Source: an uncultured Candidatus Saccharibacteria bacterium
GTDB taxonomy: Bacteria; Patescibacteriota; Minisyncoccia; Phycocordibacterales; UBA918
Length of the DNA: 64,000 bases
Assembly (NCBI GenBank): GCA_964350985.1
Contig: CAYGLK010000003.1
Location: 21,811-85,810 of the forward strand
Direction of reading: 5' to 3'
Shown here: piece after piece, positions 9,621 through 18,767 of the stretch
Layout of the letters: every line of letters begins with the position of its first letter
Numbering within the stretch: position 1 is the stretch's first letter
Notes under the pieces: generated by a model
Databases searched by the model: none
What the model was told of the DNA's origin: nothing
Seen by the model: the letters and a program-made list of their open reading frames with translations, nothing else
Translations under genes and position numbers: made by a program

Positions 9621-12600
9621 CTAAAGCTTCTTTATTGAGACAACAAAAATTGTCTCTCCAGCAGTCACCTTCTCGCCTTCAGTTGTGCCGTACGTAATTT
9701 TTTCGGCCCCAACATTTTTCATGATCATCTCCTTAAAGTTTTCTAGATTTTGCTGTCCTGCTTCAGTTGTATCAACGGTCATTTCAATTCGATCTTGAGG
9801 TTCAAGTCCAGCTTTCTTTCGACTCTCTTGGACTGCTCGCATAAATTCACGAACTTCACCTTCAGCTTTCAGCTCTGGTGTGATTTCTAGATCTAGCACG
9901 ACTCTTTCTTTCTGCTCCGACTTAAAGACAACTGCTTTAACATTAATTTCATCAGCAACAATAGTGGCGTAATCCGGAGCCAGTTCTATATTAAGACTAA
10001 GTTCTGACAAAGGTTGTCTAACTTTTACATTAGCTTTAGTTCTCGCTTCAAGCGCTACAGTAACAAACTCTCGCACTAGACTCATTTCACCTAGAACGAC
10101 AGAGTCCGCTTCAGTTTGTGCTGGCCAAGCCATCAAGTGAACGCTTTCAGGTGCCCCCTCTGCTTTTACCGCTTGGTAGAGATACTCAGCATAGAAAGGC
10201 ATAGATGGAGCCATAACAACTGCTAGCTGCTCAAGTAGGTAGCGTAAGGTTCCAAGAGCCAGTGCTTTGTCTTCAGTGTCATCCCCCTTAAGTCTTTCTC
10301 TTGAACGACGTAAGTACCAGACTGATACATCTTCAATAAAATCAGCGACTGGTCTAGTGGCTTTATCAAGTTCGTATTTTTTATATCCTTTAGTTGAATC
10401 TAGAATTAGTTGATTTAGACGCGCTAAAATCCATCGATCAAGTACGTTCGGCGAATCATTTTTAGCCTCAGTACCATCAGCGAACAACTCATACATGGCT
10501 AAAACATTATGTAGTCGTCCGATATTTTTCCGTTGTACATCAAGAGCCTCTTTTTCAGAGAAGTTAATGTCTTCTGCTCGAACAATCGGTGAAGTAAGTA
10601 AGTAATAACGCATCGAATCAACACCAACTCTATCCGCTAACTCCATTGGGTCAGGATAATTGCGTAGAGACTTACTCATCTTTTTACCATCTTCGGCCAA
10701 GACCAAACCATTTACGATCACATTTTCAAATGGAGATTTTCCAAATAATGCAGTTCCTAAAACTAACATTGAGTAAAACCAACCGCGGGTTTGATCTAAA
10801 CCTTCAGCAATAAACTGCGCTGGGAAATATTCTTCCAAGAATTTATCTGCATTTTCAAACGGATAGTGTAGCTGACCATATGGCATTGAACCACTTTCAA
10901 ACCAACAGTCGAAAACATCTGGGACACGCTCTAGTTTAATTCCGTCAGTATCTACCAAAAGTAACTCATCAATATATGGACGATGGAAATCTAACTCATA
11001 GTTATCATTGTGTGGTAGTGGACTAAAGTTAATTTGCTTTGTTTCAGCATTTTTTAGATAGCCCAACTTCTTTAACTCAATCATTTTGTCGTAATCTGCT
11101 CCACTAGCTACTGTCTCAACAGCAAATAGTGAGCTACCGTGACCAACGATTAAAGTGTTTTCGTTTTTATTGTTGGTCTCATAGTCATAGAGAAATTCTC
11201 CAACTCGTCTAATCAAATCATAACGACTTTCGCCTCCGGAAAACTGCTTAGTGAATTTTTCTTCTTCTGAAGCAAATTGTGAGTTAAAGTCATTCCAAGT
11301 TCTTCCTTCAAATTCAGTCCCGACTTTAAATTCCTGCATTCTTGGCTCAGCTACTACAGCCTCTTTAGGCAAGCCCAGATTTAGAGCGATAATTTCAGCT
11401 GTCTGTCTGGCTCGCTGCATTCCAGAATGAACGATCTTGGTAATATTTTTTGAAGTTAATTCATTTGCGGTTGCCTCTGCTTGCTTAACACCACTTTCAG
11501 TTAGCGGATTATTCTCGTCAGGAATAGAGTCGATCAAACCGGTTATATTACTTTCTGCCTCAGCGTGACGCATAATGGTATAAGTGTTTCCACTCTTCGG
11601 TATATATTCTTGGATCTCTGAGAGTGAGCCAAAAACCTTGTAGTCACCAGTCTTTGGGTTTTTCCAGATCGGTAATGGTGCTCCCCAATAACGCTGACGA
11701 GACACCGCCCAATCACGTGCTCCTTCAAGCCATTTTCCAAAACGGTTCTTTCCAACATTCTCTGGAGTCCAATTAACTTTAGTGTTTGCTTCAACTAACC
11801 CATCTTTTATTTTAGGTACGTTAACAAACCACGATGTAGTCGCGTAGTTTAAAAGTGGAGTCTCACAACGCCAACAGTGCGGATAGCTGTGTGTGATATT
11901 TTCTTTCTTGAGTATTTTTCCAGTAGTTTGAAGTGCTTTTAATATTTCAATATCAGCATCTTTATGGTCCACACCAGAAGTATCATCATCTTTTGGCTTT
12001 ACTAACTGCCCGGCAAAATCAGTCACAAAATCTAGGAAGTGCCCGGCAGTATTTACGTGGTGCACAATCGGCACATTGTTGGCTTGAGCCAGCTTCATGT
12101 CATCGTCACCATATGCTGGAGCAATATGCACCGCCCCAGTTCCGTCCTCACCTACTTCGACATAATCAGCATGCCAAATTTTCCAACCATTTTCTTTTCC
12201 TTCAATATCTTGTTTAGCTAAGTAATCAAATGGCGGCAAGTATGACTGCCCAACTAGAGATGACCCTTTCATTTCTTCCACCACCTCGTAAGCCAGGTCG
12301 CCTAACTGACTCAATCTCCCTTTAGCTAGGATGTAGTTCTCTGTTTGAGTGTCAGTTTCGACCTTCACTTTTACATAATCAATCTCGTTATGAACTGCCG
12401 CGGCGATATTTCCCGGCAAAGTCCAAGGTGTAGTAGTCCAGACAAGTAGACTTGTATCAGTCACTTTCCCCTGATCATCAAGTAGTGGAAGCTTTACTGT
12501 GACAGCAATATCTTTAATATCTTTATAACCTTGATTTACTTCAAAGTTACTCAAAGTTGTCTCACAGCGCGGACACAAGTGCATCGTCTTAAAACCTTCA

Positions 12601-13163
12601 AAGACCAAACCTTTTTTATGTAGTTCGGCAAAAACCCACCAAACACTTTCGGTATAGGTGCTATCCATAGTCTTGTAGTCATCCTCCATATCAACCCAAC
12701 GACCCATTCTCGGTACTACCTTTTTCCAGTAGTCTGCGTACTCCATCACCATTCCCCGGGCAGCTTCGTTAAAATTCTTAACACCGTAAGTTTCAATATC
12801 TCGCTTTGTAGCTAAGCCTAGCTTTTTCTCAATCAAATTCTCCAGTGGCAAGCCATGACAGTCCCAGCCCCACTTTCGTTTTACTCGGTAACCATTCATC
12901 GTCCAAAAACGAGAAACAGTATCTTTCATTGTTCCAGCGAGGATATGTCCATAGTGAGGCGTCCCCGTTGCAAACGGTGGACCATCATAAAAAACATAAT
13001 CACCTTTTGACTCAGCTCCCGCTGGTGTAGCTACGGTTTTATTAAAAATATCTTTCTCCTCCCAAAATTTTTGTATTTCTTCTTCACGAAGAGCCACTTC
13101 TGATTTTGAAACCTCTGGTACTACTTCGACAGAGTCGTTTTCACGACCGGTTTGTTTAGACAT
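9621..13163 (-). CDS. ileS: Isoleucyl-tRNA synthetase (type 2-like) carrying an inserted histidine-phosphatase domain
   Basis: HIGH motif PHYGHIL, WDCHGLP, editing-domain TTPWTLP, SRQRYWGAPLP, KMSKSLRNYPDP; 1180 aa with about 200 extra residues (aa 527-725) between SRQRYWG and the DVFDCWFESG block. Confidence 0.9.
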   Translation of the reverse strand: MSKQTGRENDSVEVVPEVSKSEVALREEEIQKFWEEKDIFNKTVATPAGAESKGDYVFYDGPPFATGTPHYGHILAGTMKDTVSRFWTMNGYRVKRKWGWDCHGLPLENLIEKKLGLATKRDIETYGVKNFNEAARGMVMEYADYWKKVVPRMGRWVDMEDDYKTMDSTYTESVWWVFAELHKKGLVFEGFKTMHLCPRCETTLSNFEVNQGYKDIKDIAVTVKLPLLDDQGKVTDTSLLVWTTTPWTLPGNIAAAVHNEIDYVKVKVETDTQTENYILAKGRLSQLGDLAYEVVEEMKGSSLVGQSYLPPFDYLAKQDIEGKENGWKIWHADYVEVGEDGTGAVHIAPAYGDDDMKLAQANNVPIVHHVNTAGHFLDFVTDFAGQLVKPKDDDTSGVDHKDADIEILKALQTTGKILKKENITHSYPHCWRCETPLLNYATTSWFVNVPKIKDGLVEANTKVNWTPENVGKNRFGKWLEGARDWAVSRQRYWGAPLPIWKNPKTGDYKVFGSLSEIQEYIPKSGNTYTIMRHAEAESNITGLIDSIPDENNPLTESGVKQAEATANELTSKNITKIVHSGMQRARQTAEIIALNLGLPKEAVVAEPRMQEFKVGTEFEGRTWNDFNSQFASEEEKFTKQFSGGESRYDLIRRVGEFLYDYETNNKNENTLIVGHGSSLFAVETVASGADYDKMIELKKLGYLKNAETKQINFSPLPHNDNYELDFHRPYIDELLLVDTDGIKLERVPDVFDCWFESGSMPYGQLHYPFENADKFLEEYFPAQFIAEGLDQTRGWFYSMLVLGTALFGKSPFENVIVNGLVLAEDGKKMSKSLRNYPDPMELADRVGVDSMRYYLLTSPIVRAEDINFSEKEALDVQRKNIGRLHNVLAMYELFADGTEAKNDSPNVLDRWILARLNQLILDSTKGYKKYELDKATRPVADFIEDVSVWYLRRSRERLKGDDTEDKALALGTLRYLLEQLAVVMAPSMPFYAEYLYQAVKAEGAPESVHLMAWPAQTEADSVVLGEMSLVREFVTVALEARTKANVKVRQPLSELSLNIELAPDYATIVADEINVKAVVFKSEQKERVVLDLEITPELKAEGEVREFMRAVQESRKKAGLEPQDRIEMTVDTTEAGQQNLENFKEMIMKNVGAEKITYGTTEGEKVTAGETIFVVSIKKL

Positions 13164-13391
13164 AAAAATTTATTTTATTTCCAAAATAATTCACATTGAA
13201 TGAATTTTGCGACGCCAAGTAAAATTGTACGAGCCGTACTATCTGTACGGTGAGTATAAATTTTATGCTAAGCAACAAAAAACTACGTCAATTTTAGTTA
13301 TTTTGGTATGTATATCAGACATATAATAAGGACGTATGTATCAGACACGCTTAAACAGCATACCATGAAATACAGTTGGCGGTAGAGGCTT

Positions 13392-14081
13392 CTAAAATCT
13401 TAGTGTATCCAAAATTTCTCTAGCTTCTTCGGTAATAAAAAGTGGAGTAGCACTATGATCCAAGAAAGAGTTATAAAAAATTATACTTAAAGTGCCTCCT
13501 TTATAGTCATATTTTATAGTTAGAGCACATCCAGTTGCTGCACACAAAGTAACTGACCAGGCCAATCTACCATTTATTGTTACTTTTTCAGCAGACACAA
13601 CCTCACCTCCCCAACTATCTATAAGCTCCTGCGTCATCACATTGTCCGATAGGTGAATTCCAAAAGAATAAAACGGACCATCACAAACGAGGTGTCCTTC
13701 TGTTAATCTCAGACCATCGCAGAAAGAAAAGTATTCAGCATCTGGAGTCACTCTATTTTCATTAGGAACTGTGTGAATAAAATCTTCAGTACCATCTGAG
13801 ACCTCAAAAGTACTTGGAAAACTTATGGAAATTCCATGTTCTTCGCTCGTGAATGTTCTATATTCTTCTGGAATGGGTTTATCTACAATAACTTCCTTTA
13901 TCACTTCTTTAACAACTACATTGTCAACTGTAACAATTTTTTCTGGCGCATAAGTATAACCAATCCAACCCCCAATAAAAGGTAGTGTGACTAAAAGAAC
14001 CATTGCTAGATATTTTGATAAAGGAGTAACTTTTAAAAGAGGGTTCTTTGAAGCTTCCGTTATATTATTTTCTGGTTCCAT
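13392..14081 (-). CDS. Hypothetical secreted/membrane-anchored protein
   Basis: ORF with N-terminal TM/signal helix (YLAMVLLVTLPFIGGWIGY); start trimmed to internal Met so as not to overlap argS; no known motif. Confidence 0.4.
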   Translation of the reverse strand: MEPENNITEASKNPLLKVTPLSKYLAMVLLVTLPFIGGWIGYTYAPEKIVTVDNVVVKEVIKEVIVDKPIPEEYRTFTSEEHGISISFPSTFEVSDGTEDFIHTVPNENRVTPDAEYFSFCDGLRLTEGHLVCDGPFYSFGIHLSDNVMTQELIDSWGGEVVSAEKVTINGRLAWSVTLCAATGCALTIKYDYKGGTLSIIFYNSFLDHSATPLFITEEAREILDTLRF

Positions 14082-14127
14082 AATATTAATATTTTTTTCT
14101 ATTTTATTTACAATATACACCCAACCC

Positions 14128-15813
14128 CTACATCTTCTCTGGAGCTTTGATCGCCAAGACCCAAAGACCATTTTTTAGCGTCTGTTTAACTGCTTCTGCC
14201 AAAGCTATCTTATATGGTGCGTAAGTGTCAGTCGGGTCAGCAATTTTTTCCCTAGCGTAAAAAGAGTTAAAGGCAGAAGCCAGCTCTGTTAGATAGACCG
14301 TTACTTTATGTGGTGCCCTTTCAGCCAAAGCCTCCTCAACTACTTCCGGAAATTGATAAACTAATTTTTCTACTTCATAAGTAGCTTCTGGAGCTAGCTC
14401 AATACTACTTTTAAGTCCAACATCAGCTGCTTTATCTAACACGCTACAAATACGAGCGTGGGTATACTGCAGATAAGGACCTGAATCCCCTTCAAAAGAT
14501 AGAGCTTTCTCACGATCGAACACAGTGTCCTGTAAAATACTGCCGCGCAAAGTAGTGTATTTAATTGCTGCCAATGCAACAGCGCGGGCCAGTTCTTGAT
14601 CTGGTGCCGCCTCTCCCCCTTCTGCCATTTTGGCCAAAGCAGCCTCAGCTACTTCATCAATAAAATCAATGGCTGAAATAACATTACCAGTCCTTGATGA
14701 CATTTTGCCAGTTGTGAGTCGGACCATTCCATGACCGATATGCTCAGTTTTTTCAGATAGTTCCGGGTAAATAAAACTTGAGACTTTTTTAAGAACTTTA
14801 AAATACTCTCCGACTTCATTACCAGTACAGATAACCGACCGATCATAGTGTCCAAGTCTTTCCTCTTTTAACTTAAACAAAGCCAACTCTTTTGCTTCAT
14901 ATGTTGGTAGTCCTTCTTTATTTAAAAATACTCGCGTATGTAGACCGTACTCCTCTCCAGCAAAAATATACGCCCCGTCACTTTGCTTGAAAACATCAGT
15001 GTGTTCTAAAACCAAGTTCTTGCCCGATTCACTAACTTCACTTTCAAAGAAATAGCTATCAAATTTAGTATCAGTAATTTGATATATGGTTTCAAAATAT
15101 TCCAAGGAAACCTTTTTTCCAGCATCATAAAGTTCGTTTATCTCACTATCAGTACGATCGTAAGTTTTTTTGTTTATCACTCTTATTTCTGCTTGGGCCG
15201 TTTCATTCTCTTTATAAGCTGTAGCTCCTAGAGCGTAAGCTTTGCCAAGTTCACGAGCAGAAAAATCACTGGTTGGTTCAATTCCTAATTGTTTCATTCC
15301 CCACAACGAACTAGCTACATGAAGGCCGACGTCACCTTGATAGCTTATTCTTTTTGTATCAGCTCCATTCATCATGAAGAGTCTAGCGATACTCTCACCA
15401 ACAGCATTGGTAAATAAGTGTCCAATATGAAATTCTTTAAATGGATTGGGGTCTGTGTATTCCACCAAGACCGTCTTATTTTGCCACGAAATATTTTTAC
15501 CCCAATCCTCTCCCTGCTTTAGACTTCGGAAAATCTCAGTGGTAAAAAAGTCACGAGTTAAATAAAAATTAATGAATCCCGGGCCAGCGATCTCAGTCTT
15601 GTCGACATATTCAATTTGTTCAAAAAGAGCAGCCACCAAATCTTCAGCCACAGTTCTCGGTGCCTTACCTAACTTACTCGCCAAAACCATCGCTACATTA
15701 CAAGCGTAATCACCATTGGTGTTATCGGCTGGATGATCAATAGTAAATTCCACCTCAGGCCAACCAAGTTGGACCAGGGCTTCCTTAACAGCTTCATAGA
15801 TAACTTTTTTCAT
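14128..15813 (-). CDS. argS: Arginyl-tRNA synthetase
   Basis: N-terminal Add-1 domain, HIGH-like FHIGHL, 561 aa class I layout, C-terminal DALR-type anticodon-binding helix bundle. Confidence 0.85.
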   Translation of the reverse strand: MKKVIYEAVKEALVQLGWPEVEFTIDHPADNTNGDYACNVAMVLASKLGKAPRTVAEDLVAALFEQIEYVDKTEIAGPGFINFYLTRDFFTTEIFRSLKQGEDWGKNISWQNKTVLVEYTDPNPFKEFHIGHLFTNAVGESIARLFMMNGADTKRISYQGDVGLHVASSLWGMKQLGIEPTSDFSARELGKAYALGATAYKENETAQAEIRVINKKTYDRTDSEINELYDAGKKVSLEYFETIYQITDTKFDSYFFESEVSESGKNLVLEHTDVFKQSDGAYIFAGEEYGLHTRVFLNKEGLPTYEAKELALFKLKEERLGHYDRSVICTGNEVGEYFKVLKKVSSFIYPELSEKTEHIGHGMVRLTTGKMSSRTGNVISAIDFIDEVAEAALAKMAEGGEAAPDQELARAVALAAIKYTTLRGSILQDTVFDREKALSFEGDSGPYLQYTHARICSVLDKAADVGLKSSIELAPEATYEVEKLVYQFPEVVEEALAERAPHKVTVYLTELASAFNSFYAREKIADPTDTYAPYKIALAEAVKQTLKNGLWVLAIKAPEKM

Positions 15814-15833
15814 ATAATCCTTACAATACCCAA

Positions 15834-16925
15834 TTATTCAACAACTGTCACTAAATCCTTAGGTTGCGATTTTGAGTCAATAAAAAATGTCTGTCTACCT
15901 AAAACTTGCCCCCGTTCAGTCTCAACTCCACAACGCCACTTACCATCGCGAATATTATTACTCTTAGTGAAGCCTCGATAACCTGTCTTGTTTTCACCAG
16001 ATATACGGTAAGGGACAGTGAACTGTGTTGTCCAACCATTTACTTCATTGTAGTACTCCCAACGATGAACAATAGTAGTACTAAGCGAAGTCGGCGCATA
16101 AACCCGTGCAAAACAGTATGCTCCTTCGCCTGCGATCGGGCGAAACGTTTCAGAAAATAAAGAAGTTAAAGCAAACCAAGGACGATCCTCTTTAACAATC
16201 CGATAACCGCCTGTACTAGTTCGCTCCACTTGTTGGTAGATACTTAGTTCAGTTAGAGACAGCGGAATCGGTGGAATGACGTTCAGAAAGTAGAAAGTAT
16301 TAAAAAGAACATACAAACTAGCAATTGAAAAGACAATCAACTTCTTTTCTAGAAAAATATAATTTGGAATTATGTAAGACAATGTTTTGACAAACAAAAA
16401 CATAATCAATAGTGCCAACAAACCACTACCAATAAAAATGATGTCGCCCATTTCTCCAATCAACACTGGTACTACCAAAACTGAATAAGAAAAGACAGCT
16501 GTAAAATACACAACTAGGTTATATAAAAGTCGGTCTGAACGTTTTTTAACTAACTCATTGGCGATGATAATAACTAAGATCAAAATCAAAAAAGGAGCAC
16601 TGACAAACAAGTCTCCACTGCGTCCATAAAAAATCAGCATTCCTGACAGCAAACCTCCGAAAGAATACTGCATCGCTATCGGCATATAGTTTCTCAAAAA
16701 GGCACTAATTTTTACTGATGACTTTTCGGCTACACCAGCATAAAAAAGACACATTGAAGCTGAAGCTAAAGTGAAGTAGAAAAACAAAATGGCGTTATCA
16801 AGCGCATCATCTACTCGGTTGAGTAAAATAAAATCAGTAGCAAATCCAAGCAAAAAAGCCACCGTCAACCAGTGACGTTGAACAAAATGAAAAGCTTTAT
16901 GGTTGGTAATTTTCTTGATTAACAT
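15834..16925 (-). CDS. Polytopic membrane protein of unknown function with C-terminal soluble domain
   Basis: Multiple hydrophobic helices in first 230 aa followed by beta-rich C-terminal domain; no recognisable motif. Confidence 0.45.
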   Translation of the reverse strand: MLIKKITNHKAFHFVQRHWLTVAFLLGFATDFILLNRVDDALDNAILFFYFTLASASMCLFYAGVAEKSSVKISAFLRNYMPIAMQYSFGGLLSGMLIFYGRSGDLFVSAPFLILILVIIIANELVKKRSDRLLYNLVVYFTAVFSYSVLVVPVLIGEMGDIIFIGSGLLALLIMFLFVKTLSYIIPNYIFLEKKLIVFSIASLYVLFNTFYFLNVIPPIPLSLTELSIYQQVERTSTGGYRIVKEDRPWFALTSLFSETFRPIAGEGAYCFARVYAPTSLSTTIVHRWEYYNEVNGWTTQFTVPYRISGENKTGYRGFTKSNNIRDGKWRCGVETERGQVLGRQTFFIDSKSQPKDLVTVVE

Positions 16926-17030
16926 GTCATGTGTAAAGTCTACTTTACATTTTATCTCTAATGCCTTACACTAAATATAAGATCCTTATTAGCATCATAA
17001 CAAGAATTACTCTCATTTACTTACAAAAAT

Positions 17031-17873
17031 ATGAATAAATACTTACTCTCACTTATTGGAATATCTCTTTTGGTTTTAGCTGTTATCTTAATCAGCAGAC
17101 AAAGTCCTGATACTGGAGCTAATTTGCTAGAGTCAGAAAGTACTTCAAACGCTGCCATGATTGATAATAATGAAGTTGAAGTGACAGCTGCCGAGGAACA
17201 AGAACTGGACTCTATATCAGAACCAAGTGCTGCAGTTGAAGAAGTCGAGGTTGAGGCAACAACCCAAGTTACAAAAGAAAAGGCGCCGGTAGTGGCTGCA
17301 GAAGAGCCCGAACCGGCAAACCTACCTGTCTCTATAAAAACAATGTTGATTGCTGGTGGTTGCTTCTGGTGCGTTGAAGCAGACGCCGAAAAACTCCCTG
17401 GAGTAATTGAGGCAGTGTCTGGATACGCCGAAGGTTCTGTAGATAACCCAACTTATAAGAACTACTCTAAGACTGGTCATCGAGAAGTGGTCGAAGTAAC
17501 TTATGATGAAAACCGCGTCTCCTTTGGGGAAGTGATTATCAACGCTATCAAGCACATGGACCCCACCGATGATGACGGCTCGTTCAATGACAGAGGAGAC
17601 TACTACTCCCCCGCTCTCTACTACGACAACGCTGAACAAAAACAAATCATAGAAGCGACAATCAAACGGATGGATGAATTTGGTCCATATGACAAACCTT
17701 TAGCTATTGAAGTTATCGCTCGGCCAAAATTCTGGCCGGCAGAAGACTACCACCAAGACTATTACAAAGGCACACTCAGTGCACTGAAGTATAAGTACTA
17801 TCGCAGCGGATCAGGTCGTGATGCATTTATCAAAAAATATTGGGGCAGCAATACTGGACCTACCCTACCTTAA
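17031..17873 (+). CDS. msrA: Peptide methionine (S)-sulfoxide reductase MsrA, membrane-anchored with acidic linker
   Basis: N-terminal TM helix, low-complexity E/A/V linker, catalytic GGCFWCVEA motif and conserved MsrA C-terminal region. Confidence 0.85.
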   Translation: MNKYLLSLIGISLLVLAVILISRQSPDTGANLLESESTSNAAMIDNNEVEVTAAEEQELDSISEPSAAVEEVEVEATTQVTKEKAPVVAAEEPEPANLPVSIKTMLIAGGCFWCVEADAEKLPGVIEAVSGYAEGSVDNPTYKNYSKTGHREVVEVTYDENRVSFGEVIINAIKHMDPTDDDGSFNDRGDYYSPALYYDNAEQKQIIEATIKRMDEFGPYDKPLAIEVIARPKFWPAEDYHQDYYKGTLSALKYKYYRSGSGRDAFIKKYWGSNTGPTLP

Positions 17874-17885
17874 TTAAAATACATT

Positions 17886-18620
17886 ATGATTAAATTTCTA
17901 ATTGGAGCTTTTGTCTTAATCTTATTAGTGACAATATTTTTAGCTCAAAGAAAACCAATGGAAGAGACCAATTTACCAGTAACTTCAGAAACAGAATCAA
18001 TGTTGGAAGAAAATGAAACAACCTCGACTGAGGTTGAAATGATGAGTGACTCTACAGAAATGGATACAGCTGGTGAAGCTGACCTGAAAGAAGCTGAAGG
18101 TGAAACTATGTCAGACAAATCAGAAGTAAAAGCGGAGCCTGCTCCTAAAGAAACTACCCTGGCTACTGGCTTTACTTGGAAAACTTACGTTAAGCCTGAC
18201 GTTAGTGTTCTTAAAGCCACCATGGATCCTTTAGCTTTTAAAGTAACGCAAGAAGAAGGTACTGAAAGAGCTGGTACACATCCATACGACAAGCTGTATG
18301 ACCGTGGTATCTACGTTGATATTCTTTCTGGAGAACCACTTTTTTCTTCTCGAGACAAATACGACTCAAGAACTGGTTGGCCTTCATGGACCGCTCCTAT
18401 TTCTAATTCAGCAGTGACAGAACACGAAGATCGCAAATTATTTAGTGTCCGAACTGAAATACGTTCTGCTATTGCTGACAACCACATCGGACACGTCTTT
18501 GATGACGGACCAAAAGATAAGGGTGGCCTCCGCTACTGTATGAACGGTGTAGCTTTACGCTTTGTTCCAGAAGCAGAGATGGAAGCAGAAGGATACGGAG
18601 AATGGCTCACCAGTCTTTAA
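17886..18620 (+). CDS. msrB: Peptide methionine (R)-sulfoxide reductase MsrB, membrane-anchored with acidic linker
   Basis: N-terminal TM helix, acidic linker, SelR domain with HIGHVFDDGP and RYCMNGVAL catalytic motif. Confidence 0.85.
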   Translation: MIKFLIGAFVLILLVTIFLAQRKPMEETNLPVTSETESMLEENETTSTEVEMMSDSTEMDTAGEADLKEAEGETMSDKSEVKAEPAPKETTLATGFTWKTYVKPDVSVLKATMDPLAFKVTQEEGTERAGTHPYDKLYDRGIYVDILSGEPLFSSRDKYDSRTGWPSWTAPISNSAVTEHEDRKLFSVRTEIRSAIADNHIGHVFDDGPKDKGGLRYCMNGVALRFVPEAEMEAEGYGEWLTSL

Positions 18621-18630
18621 TCCAGACATC

Positions 18631-18668
18631 AAACAAAACCCCGACGCCTACGGCGTCGGGGTTTTGTT
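18631..18668. terminator. Bidirectional terminator between convergent msrB and glyA
   Basis: aaacaaaaccccgacgcc-ta-cggcgtcggggttttgtt perfect hairpin. Confidence 0.6.
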
Positions 18669-18767
18669 ATTCTATCTATCATGCATGATAGATAGAAATT
18701 TAGATCGTATCATACATAATACGATCTAAATTTTTCGTATCATACATGATATGTTTTCCCCTACCTC

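Noticed and set aside
11543-12221. Internal ORFs inside ileS (11543-11794, 11933-12217, 12039-12221)
   Set aside because: Alternative-frame or antisense ORFs within a strongly supported 1180-aa IleRS reading frame.
13164-13391. Possible T-box leader upstream of ileS
   Set aside because: No AANNNGGGTGGNACC T-box sequence or specifier/antiterminator architecture is visible on the coding strand. Only a simple hairpin is present.
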